Shown here: positions 51,671-64,000 of the stretch, in pieces
Position numbering within the stretch: the first letter of the stretch is position 1
Layout of the letters: the number at the start of each line of letters is the position of its first letter
Assembly (NCBI RefSeq): GCF_006345805.1
Contig: NC_043005.1
Span: forward strand, 58,280,001 to 58,344,000
Length of the DNA stretch: 64,000 bases
Direction: 5' to 3'
Source of the DNA: Octopus sinensis
Taxonomy: Eukaryota
Notes under the pieces: model-generated
Database searches by the model: none
The model's input: the letters and a program-made list of their open reading frames with translations, nothing else
Told to the model about the DNA's origin: nothing
Translations under genes and position numbers: made by a program

Positions 51671-52062
51671 CTATCTATCAATCAACTTACCTATGTGTCT
51701 TGTTTTTGTACCTCAGCATCTCCCTATTTGCTTGTTTCTTTGTTTGACTGTGTCTAGTTCCTTGTCTCTCTCTCTCCATGTCTTTCTGTGTCTGTGTAAC
51801 TGTCTGCCTGGTTAACTCTCTTACTCAAGTTCTGTCTGTCTATCAAAAATCTGCTTGTTTTCTTTTGTATTTTGTAAGTATTTGATTTCCTGTTTTACGA
51901 AAATCAGATTATTCTTACGATTCATTTCAAATTGTGAAGTTTGGGGTGGCATGAACGTCTCCTCTGACGTCTGCTAAGTAAGTTGGTCATAATTCATAAT
52001 TCATACAACAGAAACAACTGAGACTAGCAATAACAAATCCTTCAAGATATATAGATAGATAG

Positions 52063-52064
<2 letters not shown>

Positions 52065-52093
<29 letters not shown>

Positions 52094-53270
52094 TGTATGT
52101 ATGTATGTATGTGTGTGTGTGTATGTACGTATGTATGTATGTATGTGTGTGTGTGTGCATGTATATGTGTGTGTGCTTGTAAGTATGTATGCATGTATGT
52201 ATGTATGTATGTGTGTATGTATGTATGTGTGTATGTATCTGTGTATGTATGTGTGTATGTATGTATGTGTCTGTGTATGTATGTATGTATATGTGTGTGT
52301 GTGCATGTATGTATGTATGTATGTATGTATGTACGTATCTGTGTATGTATGTATGTGTGTATGTATGTGTGTATGTGTGTGTGCATGTATATGTATGTGT
52401 GTATGTATCTGTGTATGTATATATGTATGTGTGTATGTATGTGTGTATGTATGTATCTGTGTATGTATGTATCTGTGTATGTATGTATGTATGTATGTAT
52501 GTATCTGTGTATGTATATATGTATGTGTGTATGTATGTATGTATGTATCAGTGTATGTATGTATGTGTGTGTATGTATGTATGTATGTATGTATCAGTGT
52601 ATGTATGTATGTATGTATGTATATATGTATGTATGTATGTATGTTTGTGTGTATGTATCTGTGTATGTATGTATGTATGTATGTATGTATGTATGTGTGT
52701 GTGTTTGTGTATGTATATATGTATGTATGTGTGTATGTATGCATGTATGTATCTATCTATACACACATACATACACATTGTAATATTGGGGCATATAAGC
52801 TCTTGATGGAAAAAATGGTTAAATATGCATTGGAATTGAACCCACTCCTCTTAATTTTGTTTTGTTTACACACCACTCTATCTATCTGTCTGTCTGTCTG
52901 TCTGTCTGTCTATCCATCCATCCATCCAGCCAGCCAGCCAGCCAGCCAGCTAGCCATCCGCATACAAATAGGTATACATATATAAATCTGTATATTTATA
53001 TATAAAATCTATCTAGCTATCTGTCTGTTTGTCTATATATATATGTGTGTGTATACACACACACACACACATACATACATACATTCTATCTATTTATCTG
53101 TCTGTTTGTCTATATATATGCATGTGTGTGTATACACACACATACACACACACAAACACACACACACTCACACACACACATACATACATACACACACACA
53201 TGCATGCAGACTTGCACACAAGCATGCACATGCACACACACATGCATGCACACACACACACACACACACG

Positions 53271-53307
<37 letters not shown>

Positions 53308-53310
53308 TTA
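52065..53310. repeat. Long compound (TATG)/(TG)/(CA) microsatellite field
   Basis: Directly visible; source of the 200-300 aa MYVC/HTYI ORFs. Confidence 0.95.
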
Positions 53311-53684
53311 TATTATATATTATATATTCTTTTGTTTTCACTATGTAAGTCCATTGTTTAAGAGATAATCATGCTTGCTCTGAGGATGATAGTTTTGGTA
53401 ATTTTTTTTTTCCTTCGTAAACATTTTATTTCAAATTTCTGTTACACAATTAAAGAAGTTCCAGCAGTAACATCATCAGCAACATCAACAACAAATACAA
53501 GAAATCAAAGAATGATAAAGGTGAAAAGAAAATGTCTTATTATAGTAGATTATGTGTCGTGTATACAATTGAAATACATCTGTGATAAAGTAAGACTTTT
53601 GAAATATAGTAAAAGATTTAATTTAATTAAATTGCAAAAATAACAGCAACATCATGTGTGCTTATCAATACACACACACACATA

Positions 53685-54838
53685 GATGCAGTTGTATCAA
53701 AATTTCCCTGACTAGTTCTGTAGTGCACCAACAGATTGCAACACACGGTTCTGTGTGTAGTGAGAGCTAGCAGTGACCTTCATGAAGCAGTGTATTGAAT
53801 GACATTGCTGTTTACTTTGCATGTTGTGAAATGCTTGTTGTTATGATCATGTGTATGCTGTAGTTTGTGAGTTTTTGTGGACAGAAAGTCAGCTACGGAG
53901 ACAATGAGTATGCTTCGGCAAGCTTACAGCAGCTGTTCAAGAATTTGAACCTGGAGATCTCCATTTCCAGCGATTTCGTGGGCCACCTCCCAGTGGTGTC
54001 AGGCGTCAATGAAGAGCCCTTGACTACAACAAGACGACCAAAGTTTTTTTTTTCCAAGTTCTGAGGTCTCCTGCCCCTAAGCTCTAGGCCATCACCTAAT
54101 CACCCTTACCTATCTTGTTGCTTAACAACAACAAGCTTACAGCAACGAAGCAAAGGGTTATATGCACTGTTTTGAGTGGCATGGGGTGCTTCAAAAGTAG
54201 AAGAACTTCCCTAGAAGACGATGAGTGATCTGGAAAACCTACCATGAGTATCACCCCCAGGAATAGGGAGAAAATTCATGAGCTTGTGCATTATAATTGT
54301 CAGGGGACAATCAACGACATTGCTGATGTTGTCGGTCTGTTGTATGGGTCAGTGCAAACAATTCTAACATCTGAATTGAACATGAAACATGTCTCTGCTA
54401 AGTTTTTTCCCCCACTTGCTGAGCACTGAACAGAGAGAACATCATGTTAAAGTCTGTCAAAATCTCTGTCAGTGTGCCGTTGATGACCCATCCTTCATGT
54501 CGAGGATCACGACTGGTGATGAGAGTTGGGTCTATGGGTATGACCCTAAGATGAAACAGCAGTCATCAACAATGGAAGAGCCCTTCATCTCCATGACTGA
54601 AGAAGGCACGACAGAGTCGCAGTTCAATCAAAGGCATGCTCATCGTTTTTCTCAACACATGGTATTGTGCATTGAGAATTCATCCCTCCAGGCCAGAATA
54701 CAAAAATGGCAGGAATGCTGAGACCAGTGTATTGCTGTGCAAGGTGACTATTTCAAAGGAGATGATGTTAGAACTTGCATAAATAAGTTATTTTTTAATT
54801 AAACATAACTAGTCTGGGAACATCTTGATACCACCTTA
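53685..54838 (+). mobile_element. Internally deleted mariner (irritans-like) with a nested LINE tail
   Basis: Degenerate TIRs (..gttgtatcaaaatttccctgactagt / actagtctgggaacatcttgataccacctta). Peptides KSATETMSMLRQAY, ELNMKHVSAKFFP, RITTGDESWVYGYDP; then jumps to KWQEC*DQCIAVQGDYF, so the later catalytic region is missing. Confidence 0.88.
53932..54131 (+). mobile_element. 5'-truncated non-LTR retrotransposon 3' end with (CAA)n tail and 13-bp TSD
   Basis: TSD caagcttacagca at 53919-53931 and 54132-54144; the insert ends cttaacaacaa. Confidence 0.8.
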
Positions 54839-55396
54839 CATACATACACACACATATATATATAAATTGCATATATACAGGTACATATATATATATATAT
54901 TATTATTATTATAATTATTAATGAAGATTAATTCCGAATCCACAGGAATGAGACGTTCAAATTAAAGATACTAAATTGAACTTCTCTCAATATTTTATTC
55001 GTATATATAAAAGTATTTTTAGAGACAGAACCACACTCAACTCAATCAACATTAGAAGATATTATACCCGACCAAGCCATCAAATATACAACAAATACTA
55101 AGAATGTAGAATGAATAGACTTCTTCAAATATATTTGATGGCTCAGTGGCAGTCCCAGTAGCATTCTTCCCTTTCCTAGGACTGCCACATTAAGTTGGCA
55201 ACAAACCATCATTATATACATATATATATATATATATGAGGGATCTGGAAAACCTGCCATCACTATATATATGTATGAGTGATCTGGAAAACCTGCCATG
55301 AGTATCACCCCCAGGAATATATATGTATGTATTCTGTCCGGCATTCACTTTGATAGATCACTAGCCACTACCAATTCTTTATTTTCTCTCCTTGTT

Positions 55397-55434
55397 TCTT
55401 TCTGTGGAAGAGTGTAGGCTTGAAGTGTTAAAGA
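55397..55434 (+). ncRNA. Heavily decayed minimal hammerhead motif
   Basis: TCTTT CTGTGGA A GAGT GTAG GCTT GAAG TG TT AAAGA; architecture as 2392-2428 and 2590-2623, core broken. Confidence 0.35.
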
Positions 55435-55544
55435 CTTTTTCACTTCCCGAGCATTATATGAATACATCTGTTTGTTGTCTACACCACCTGTCTTCGTCTT
55501 TTGTTTTTTTGTGAATTCTCCCCCTATATATACACACACATACA

Positions 55545-55760
55545 TGTATTGTTCAATATGTAGGAAATATGCAAATAGAAATTCTGTATGGGTGTATTCA
55601 GGACACATAAGAGGTGGAGCAGAGGAAGCAGTCTTTGAGTGTAGCAGATGTGCAGGTACAACAGACACTAAGAATGTAGAGTGAATAGACTTCTTCAAAT
55701 GTCCAGGAAGATCCTTAGTAGCAGAGGGCTTCCTTTATCATCTCATTTTCTTATAACTTC
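55545..55760 (+). pseudogene. RTE-type LINE fragment with Cys-rich motif
   Basis: CSICRKYANRNSVW..VFECSRCAGTTDTKNVE*IDFFKCPG resembles the Cys-rich insertion near the end of some RTE RT domains (recognised from memory). Confidence 0.5.
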
Positions 55761-56266
55761 TCTATACTCTTCTAACACTTTGTTCTGAAGTAGATGTGTA
55801 TTCAGTTCTACACCAGATTATTAGTCTTACAATGGCCTAAGTGAAATATTAAAACAGTGAGTGAGTGTGTGTGTATGTGTGTGTGTGTGTCCCCACAAGA
55901 GACCAATAAAATAAGTATCAGGTATTATATAATAAGTATTGGGATCGATTCACTCAACTAACATTCCTCAAGGCAGTGCCCCTTTAGCATAGCCACTGAA
56001 ACAAATGAAAGGTAAATGATAAAGATAAAAGACGGCCAAAATTGCATTTGAGTAATTTCTTAAAAACACAATCTAAAATCATAAGCAAAAACAAATAAAA
56101 TGTGTTTGAATTGATAAACTTGTGCATAATTATGATTTTCACACAACTAATTAGCCAACAACTGAGTGTGTTAGTTTTTGAGTATTGCTGAGTATGTGCC
56201 AATAACTACCATAATCCTTCAACATTTATATTACTCTGTCTAATGTAATGCTTATATATTCACATA

Positions 56267-56625
56267 TGAAGGTGTATGGCTCAGTGGTTAGAGCGTCAAG
56301 CTCACAATCATAAGGTAGTGAGTTCAATTCTTGGATCAAGCTGTGTGTTGTGTTCTTGAGCAAGACACTTTATTTCACATTGCTCCAGTTCACTCAGCTG
56401 TAGAAATGAGTTGCAACATCACTGGTGCCAAGCTGTATCGGCCTTTGCCTTTCTCTTGGATAACATCGGTGGTGCGGAGAGGGAAGGCTGGTATGCATGG
56501 ATGACTGCTGGTCTTCCATAAAACAACTTACCTAGGCTTGTGCCTTGGAAGAGAACTTTCTAGGTTCAAACCCATGGTTATTCATAACCGAAGGGCAAAG
56601 GGGGGGTCTTTACCCTTTTGCCCTT
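56267..56625 (+). mobile_element. SINE family C copy
   Basis: tggctcagtggttagagcg (A box), gagttcaattc (B-box-like), body gtgttcttgagcaagacactttatttcac. Confidence 0.8.
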
Positions 56626-59064
56626 TATATTCACATTGTTTTGAATAAATCATGCATTATGTTGTAGCTTTGAGATTTGAATGATGTGAGCGTTTATTTT
56701 TAGTATGACATTGAAGGGTTGGTGTGAGAGGCCTGATCTGGCCAGTTTGAATATAAAACTTGCAGAATATTTTGGCCAGATACGGCCAGTTTAAATGCTA
56801 AATGATTAAGGGACATGGATGAAAATGTAGTCCTGAGTTCTGTGAACAACGAAAGAAAGACAGGATGGTCCAGCTGACATTTTTAAAATCATTGATTGGC
56901 TTGGTTAGCAATCAACCCAGGGTTAAACAATAGCAACAACAATAACAACAGCATCTGAAGAACTGAAAGGTAAAAATCATCCTTGATGAGATTTGAACTC
57001 AATAATTGAACTCAAAATTGAAGTTAATACTGCTTGGTAGTTCGTTAGTTCATTTGATACCTTGTCGATTCCCCCTATCATCACCCACCACCATCCTCTT
57101 TCCAGTTAATAATAGTAAAAAGAAAGAAACAACACGTTTATAACAAAAATGATTGGCACTGATTAGCTTATTTTGTCTTTGAATACATCTGATCTTTACA
57201 ATAAACATTGATTTTTTTTTTTCATTTTTATTTTTGGTTCATAATTCTTATATTTCTATTTCTTTTTCTATAGTATTATTTTGGAAGTTTATGCATTTTA
57301 TTACTTTATTTCTTATTAAAACATTTAAAATAAATAATATTTTTAGTTATATATCAAATGTATCTAAAATCAATTGAAAGGGACATTTGATAGAAAGTTA
57401 TTCAAAAGAAACGTCTAGAAACTAGAAAATTAATATAGGTTTCATGTTTATATTTTATTATTCTTTTGTTGTTGCTGCTTATTATTTCGTTTGTATTTAT
57501 ATTTGTATTTTTTCACATTCTGATTTATCGCTATTATATAATGACATTTATGTCAGCAGAGGTTTTGATAAATATGCTTCTCGTAGACTATAATAAGAAT
57601 TTATGCTACAAGTTTGGTCAAGTAGAAAGAGTTTCTTCTCATTTAAAACACCTCTCTTATTTTCTTTACAAGAAATAAATATTATTTGCTCTCAGAAATT
57701 ATTACTTTCTTTTCTCATAATCATGATTATGGTTATTTTATTATGGATTAATACAACAGTGGTGGAGGGGCAGAGATTTGTATAGATTGACAAACAAAAC
57801 ACCCTGTGCTGACTTTAGTGACTTTTTACTGTTCTGGATTTAAAACCCCCATCTCAATCAACTCTGTTTGACATTCTTTCTAAGTTGTTAATATAAAGTG
57901 GCCCTTCTATACCTTCTGTCTATATCACATACCTAAACCAATCATGTTTTCTCTACTGCACACATCTGATTCCTATTATATCCATTTTTAGTCCCTTCTC
58001 AGCTTTGTTGTTTATGCACCCTATCATCATACATCCAGCCGAGTGTGCTCACCTCCTTTTCTCTGGAGTTGATAAATAATTGTGTGTATCATTTCCACTT
58101 TCTTCTTCTTCCCTTTAAACTGTGACCTTTAAACTGTTCTATGTTAGAAGAGGTAGTATATTTGCACACTCAAGGGAATAATGGAGAAATATTTGGTAAT
58201 ATTTTATTGTACTTAAGGTGGCGAGTGTGGCGGCAAATGGCCTAGTGATTAGAGCAGCGAACTTGCGGTCGAAGGATTGCAGATTCAAATCTCAGACCAG
58301 GCGATGTGTGTGTTTATGAGCGAAAACACCTAAGCGCCACATGGCTCCAGCAGAAGGTAATGGTGAACTTCTGCTGACTCTTTCGCCACAACTTTTCTCT
58401 CATTCTTTCTTCCTGCATCTAGCAGCTCACCTGCGACAGACTGGCGTCCCGTTCAATTGGGGAACCTATGCGCCAAGAAAACTGGGAAACTGGCCCTTAT
58501 AAGCCAAGTATGGCTCGAGAAGGAACAAGCACATGGCTTAGTGGGTTGAGCAACGAATCTCAGACTGGGCAATGTGTGTGCTTATAAGCAAAACACATAA
58601 GCTCCACGCAGTTCCGGCAGAAGATAATGGCAAGTTTCTAACTCTTTTGCCGCAGCTATCTCTCACTCTTTCCTCCTGCATCTAGTAGCTCACCTGCGAT
58701 GGACTAGTGTCCTGTCTCGTCTACCTCCTTGCTGTGGTCTGTGCTACATACTGCTCAGTTAACTGTAGTCATGACTAAGTTCATAGTGACTTGTGAGATT
58801 GTAAGTCTGAGTAATAGCTTCATTTGAAAGCGTACATTCACCACTTCATGTGTTGTTTTGCAGACTTCCTTTTTATCACTGAGACTTAATTAGTAACAAT
58901 GATTGAATTCATTGCTACTCTGTTAGGCCTACTGCCAGTGGCCCAGCAAAAAAATATGCTAAGGGGGTGCAAACCCAGGTCCTAATTTTTTTAAATGAAA
59001 AATGTGGATTTTTCCAATGTTAACATTAAAACAAATGCAGGAATAATGATAATTTTTATTATTA

Positions 59065-59260
59065 TGAGGGTTGGCTGAAATGTTCATAATCCGGGCAAGA
59101 CACTCTCAATGGAATGTGACCAAATGAAATTCATTTTCTAACATAGTTCCTCTTACTGTCCACTCACTTCTATAAGTAGTTGCAGTGCTTGGATTGCACT
59201 GGTGAAGGTTTTTGAAAAGCTTTTCTATTGATCGAAATGGTCATCAGCAATAGATAGTCT
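59065..59260 (-). mobile_element. Mariner 3' fragment truncated at the minisatellite
   Basis: TA-tgagggttggctgaaatgttc TIR-like end; minus-strand VDSKRNYVRK* resembles the mariner C-terminus. Confidence 0.5.
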
Positions 59261-59265
59261 CTCAA

Positions 59266-59544
59266 CAGGAAGTCTCTCATCCTCGGAAATTTCCAGGAAG
59301 TCTCATCCTCGGAACTGTCCAGGAAGTCCTTGGAATTTTCAAGGAAGTGTCATCCTCGGAACTTTCCAGGAAATAACATCCTCGGAACTTTCAGGAAGCC
59401 TTCGGAATTTTTCAGGAAGACTCATCTTTGGAAATTTCTAGGAAAACTCATCCTCGGAACTTTCCAGGAAGTCCTTGGCATTTTCCAGGGTGTCTTATCC
59501 TCGGAACTTTCCAGGAGGTCTCTAATCATCAGAACTTTCCAGGG
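59266..59544 (-). repeat. Second array of the TTCCTGGAAAGTTCCGAGGA minisatellite, inverted
   Basis: Plus strand shows repeated tcctcggaactttccaggaa, the reverse complement of the 16.5-17.3 kb core. Confidence 0.9.
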
Positions 59545-59739
59545 ATTAAGTCAATTATGTTGACACCAGTGTGCAACTGGTACTTGTTTTATCGACCCAG
59601 AAAGAATGAAAGGCAAAGTCAGCCTTGGCAGAATTGTAAATATGGATGAAATACAGTTAAGCACTTTGCTTGGTGTGCTAACCATTCTGCCAGCTTGCCA
59701 CCTGCCTGTAGGCTAATAATCATATCATCCAACAGGGGG

Positions 59740-60000
59740 CATAACTTGGAGATCAGCATATCTCTCCAGGTGAAGATGTTATTTGTGTAAACTGAGAGGC
59801 CACATCACTGGTCATACAGACATATGATTAGAACATCACAGGAAAGAACCGCAAAACAGATTCTTCAAGCCAACCAACAGGGGACCTATGGGTAGACCTA
59901 GAACAAACTGTTGGATAGTATCTATAGTCTCAGTTAGTTGCTCTTGGGGTGAGAGTCCAGTCAGGGAAATTAATGTTAGTTTCTTCTGATAGGACAATAT
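59740..60000 (+). pseudogene. RTE-type LINE RT C-terminal fragment
   Basis: RHMIRTSQERTAKQILQA..G..GR motif. Confidence 0.5.
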
Positions 60001-60387
60001 AGAGGAGATGCCTAAAGATTCTATTCTCTGGAACAGTGGACAGAAAAGATGGATGAAGATGAATGGATGGATTGATGGATGAATTTCCAAGTAACTACAA
60101 TCTTTTACATTCCACCAAGAAAACATCCACCAATCAGATGCTACCTTACAAGTGTTTTTATGCTTATGTACTTATGTATACACTCGCCATAGATGCTACG
60201 CAGTGCAATCAAACCTAAAAGCAGTTGTTTGTGAAGTGAACTACTTAACCACAGTGCTCTCTTGTCTGCACTTTGTTTCTGTTTACATGTAATATATTAG
60301 ATTAAGTTTTCTTAATATTTATTTCTGGAATAAGAGATTAAAGACATTCTTTTGTTATAATGCCACATAGACAATGTGTAAATATAG

Positions 60388-60435
<48 letters not shown>

Positions 60436-60959
60436 GTATATGTATATGTATAAATATATCTCTATATGAATATATTGATATATATATATGTGTATATATA
60501 TTTACACACACGTGAATGTATACATCCATCTATCTATCTCTCTGTGTATATATATATACATATATATATGTACTCATGCACACTCATATGTATGCACATG
60601 CACACACATGGCAACATGCACATGCACGCACATGGACCCATACAAATAGGCTTTTTCTTTTAAATTATTAAATTAGAATGTAAATGAATTTTGGTGGTAT
60701 CATATATTTCCTTTACATTTTTTGCCATTACGTTTATTTTGAATTCTCTCTGCCCCTCGTCTCTCTCTCTCCCCCGCTCTCTCTCTCTCTCTCACTCTCT
60801 CTTTGTCTCTCTCTTTGTTATTGTCTTTATTTATTCAGGGGAAATATTAAATATTAGTTACTTGCAAAAGGAATTTTATGAATGCTAAATAGAATTAGTC
60901 TTCATAGAGTAAATAAAAAGATTTTATTAATCAAGAATTATGCAAAAGTAGATTAACTT

Positions 60960-61195
60960 TTCTTCTTACTCTGCAGGGTTTCCTCCTACTTGCTTACTCT
61001 TCCTTTCCCTCACACTAAGTCTTTCTTTCTCTCTCTTTCTCACTGTCATGCATGCATACATCTTTATGTGTCTGTATACATTAAATGCATACATACATGC
61101 ATATATATATATATGTATGTATATATATATATATGAATGATATATATATATATCCATGTGTGTATTTCTGCTTATATAGAGTACTAGTGTGTATA

Positions 61196-61239
<44 letters not shown>

Positions 61240-61360
61240 CATACATGCATACATATATATACACATATATATGTATACATATATATATATACATACATAT
61301 ATATGTATATATATATATATATATACATACATACATGCATACACACACATATATACGTAT

Positions 61361-61431
<71 letters not shown>

Positions 61432-61500
61432 ATGTATGTATATATATATATATACATACATACATGCATACATACCCATACACACACATGCTTCTCTATA
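60960..61500. repeat. Compound (TA)/(TACA) microsatellite
   Basis: Directly visible. Confidence 0.9.
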
Positions 61501-62000
61501 TGTGTGTGTAGAAAGTTGACAACAAAAATAACAACTTGAAAGACCAACTGAAAACAATGTTCAGTTTTTATATTAGCGCTCAAGGAAAGAATGCGTAACA
61601 GTCTTTGATATTTCTAACTGAAGGTCTTCTCCAGGCAAATAGACAAACAGAAATAACCGAAATAAAGTGAAAAATATTGAACGTAGAAGAAATATAACTA
61701 AATTTACTTCATGCCATCTTAGTAGTTGCCAGAGGTTAGAAATGGCCAAGATATAGGGAAATGGAAAGATCAACGGAGGAAATAAATATAAGGTATGTGT
61801 ATATGAGTGTATAGCTAGGTATGTGTGAATGCATGTTTGTGCGCTATTGAGCATGTGTGTGTGTGTATATATATATGGTGAAAAAATCTGTCATACACAT
61901 ACACATACATGCATACATACATACATACATACATATATACATACATACGTACGTACATACATACATACATATACATACACATATATATATACAGCTCATG

Positions 62001-62224
62001 GGCGGCAAGCTGGCAGAATCGTTAGCATGCCGGGTGAAATGCTTAGCAGTATTTTGTCTGCCGTTACGTTCTGAGTTCAAATTCCACCGGGTTTGACTTT
62101 GCCTTTCATCTTTTCGGGGTCGATAAATTAAGTACCATTTATGCACTGGGTTCGATGTAATCGACTTAATCCCTTTGTCTGTCTTTGTCTGTCCCCTCTA
62201 TGTTTAGCCCCTTGTGGGCAATAA
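62001..62224 (+). mobile_element. SINE family B copy, complete
   Basis: ggcggcaagctggcagaatcgttagc (A-box region), gttctgagttcaaattcc (B box), 3' ...tttagccccttgtgggcaataaa. Confidence 0.85.
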
Positions 62225-62320
62225 AAAAAATATATATACACACACAAACATTCATACACACATACACATATATATTTATAAATACATATATATGTATATA
62301 TATATTTATTTTATAGAAGG

Positions 62321-62371
62321 AGCTTCTACAGGACTAGAACTGTTTCATTCAAATGAAATCATCAGGAAGCT
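62321..62371 (-). ncRNA. Type I hammerhead motif with a true stem III
   Basis: Minus strand reads AGCTTC CTGATGA T TTCA TT TGAA T GAAA CAG TTCTAGTC CTG TA GAAGCT: intact core, stem I 6 bp, stem III CAG/CTG, U.U at the base of stem II. Confidence 0.7.
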
Positions 62372-62609
62372 TGCTGTCAAAATAAGACATATATGTATAT
62401 ATAGATGAGTTAATTAGAAGATATATTAACCTGTTAAAGCGATGATTACATCCAAGAAAACACTGGTTCTATACCTTATGTCTTTGGGAAATAAAATTTC
62501 CCTTAATCAATATGTATATATATTAAGTATGTAATCTGTATCAAATTAAGAGAAGAAAATGGAGAGTTAGTGGTTAATATTTGTTTATTAATAAATTGAT
62601 AATCCTTTT

Positions 62610-62705
62610 TTCCCACGGCTGTTTCCATTTATAATCACTGGATAAATTACATATTTATGCATTAAATTTGCATTTATATGTAATGAGCAAAATATCATCA
62701 GGTTG
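62610..62705 (-). ncRNA. Decayed inverted twin of the long-stem-II hammerhead
   Basis: CTGATGA-long stem II-GAAA CAGCCG TG GGAA: triplet is GUG and the stem I 5' strand is replaced by the tandem unit. Confidence 0.55.
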
Positions 62706-62788
62706 ACATGTTGACCTGTGTGTTCGTTTCAGGCTGACATGTTGACCTGTGTGTTTGTTTCAGGTTGACATGTTGACCTGTGTGTTCG

Positions 62789-62886
62789 TTTCCCTGATGA
62801 TATTTTGCTCATAACTTACAAATGCAAATTTAATGCAAAAATATGTAATTTATCCAATGAGTATTAATGGAAACAGCTGTAGGAAG
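62789..62886 (+). ncRNA. Intact type I hammerhead motif with ~70-nt extended stem II
   Basis: TTTCC CTGATGA(62794-62800) [tattttgctcat..ttacaaat gca..tgc..atatgtaa..atgagtattaatg] GAAA(62870-62873) CAGCTG TA GGAAG; palindromic ACAGCTGT stem III, GUA triplet. Confidence 0.75.
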
Positions 62887-63096
62887 AAATAATTATGAAT
62901 TCATTAATTAATAAATATTAACCACTAACTCTCTATTTTCTTTTAATTTAATACAGTGTATATATATATATATATAGGTCTGCTCGCCTAGCCAGCGAGG
63001 TGGTGTCATTTGAAGGCTAAAACAATGCCAAGCACATTGTGACCAGCGATGTGTAGCAACATCTGATAGCCTGGTCGGTCACGGTGATATATATAT

Positions 63097-63127
<31 letters not shown>

Positions 63128-63148
63128 TTGTGTGTGTATATATATATA

Positions 63149-63200
<52 letters not shown>

Positions 63201-63203
63201 TAT

Positions 63204-63561
63204 GATGGGCATTTTTCAGTTTCTGTCTATGAAATCTATTCACAAAATTTTTGTCAAACCAAGGCAAAGTAGAAGGCACCTTCTACCAAGGTGCCACACA
63301 GTGTGACTGAACCCCGAACCATGTAGTTGGGAAGCAAGCTTCTTACCACACAGCCACACTATGTGTATATGTATATGTGTGTGTGTGAGTGCATGTGTGT
63401 GTGTGTATGTGAACATGTGTATCAGGTAAGAAGCTTTCTTCTCAGTTGCATGGTTCTGGGTTCAGCTTCACTGTGTGGCCTGTTGGGCAAATGTTTTCTA
63501 CTGTAACCTTGGGCTGACTAAAGTCTTTTGAGTGAATTTGGTAGACTTAAAGATGCCTATC

Positions 63562-63611
<50 letters not shown>

Positions 63612-63623
63612 ATGTATGTATAC

Positions 63624-63708
<85 letters not shown>

Positions 63709-63955
63709 GTATGTATGTATATCTATGTATGTGTGTCTTTCTGTCTGTGCTTGTCCCCCGCCATTACCACTTGAATCATGGTGTTGGTATGTTTGCATCC
63801 CCGTAACTTAGCAGTTTGCCAAAAAGAGATCGACAGAGTAAGTACCAGGCTAAAAAAAATAAGTCCTGCCGTCGATTTGTTCAACTAAAACCCTTCAAGG
63901 CAATGCCCCAGCATGGCCGCAGTCAAATGACTGAAACAAGTAAAAGATAAAAGAT
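63204..63955. mobile_element. Two SINE family A copies back to back (63204-63358 minus, 63420-63955 plus)
   Basis: Family A motifs in opposite orientation. Confidence 0.75.
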
Positions 63956-64000
63956 ATGTGTGTGTGTGTGTGTATAAGTATATATGTTTGTGTATGTATA

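Larger units (their letters stand above)
62536..62956. repeat. ~165-bp imperfect inverted repeats around three 31-bp tandem units
   Basis: Arms 62536-62702 and 62793-62956; unit caggttgacatgttgacctgtgtgttcgttt at 62699, 62730, 62761. Confidence 0.9.

Noticed and set aside
52001-52985. Longest ORFs in the track (up to 306 aa, MYVC/HTYI)
   Set aside because: Pure microsatellite translation.
56267-56345. tRNA-like sequences with A and B boxes (also near 24600, 31315, 58230, 62001)
   Set aside because: SINE heads: no complete cloverleaf, and each continues into a repeated SINE body.
62699-62791. 31-bp tandem units as a CRISPR-like array
   Set aside because: Units are contiguous with no unique spacers, and the context is eukaryotic.

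Overview
AT-rich, microsatellite-saturated animal DNA made almost entirely of transposable-element debris. The abundant tRNA-headed SINE families and the microsatellite load point to an octopus (coleoid cephalopod) genome; this is an inference, not a database result. No host protein-coding exon, rRNA, true tRNA or CRISPR array can be supported, and most ORFs in the track are microsatellite or satellite read-throughs. Recognisable elements: six mariner-type (D,D34D) transposon copies or fragments; an L1/Tx1-type LINE remnant; two R4/Dong-type restriction-like-endonuclease LINE 3' halves; several RTE pieces; two decayed Penelope-like retroelements (PLEs), one with RT plus C-terminal GIY-YIG; two Helitron-type non-autonomous elements; dozens of SINEs; and a dispersed 21/26/29-bp minisatellite present twice in opposite orientation. 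The most interesting signal is RNA-level: about 11 type I hammerhead-ribozyme motifs found by eye. At least four have complete cores (48401-48443, 48798-48840, 62321-62371, 62789-62886). They include a U3-A8 compensated core, a hammerhead with a ~70-nt extended stem II set head-to-head with a decayed inverted twin, and a small element carrying two tandem hammerheads, one inside a long stem. A second recurring pattern is short local sequences re-copied, often inverted, next to (TA)n tracts. All structures and boundaries were read by eye; element edges are approximate unless a TIR or TSD is quoted.
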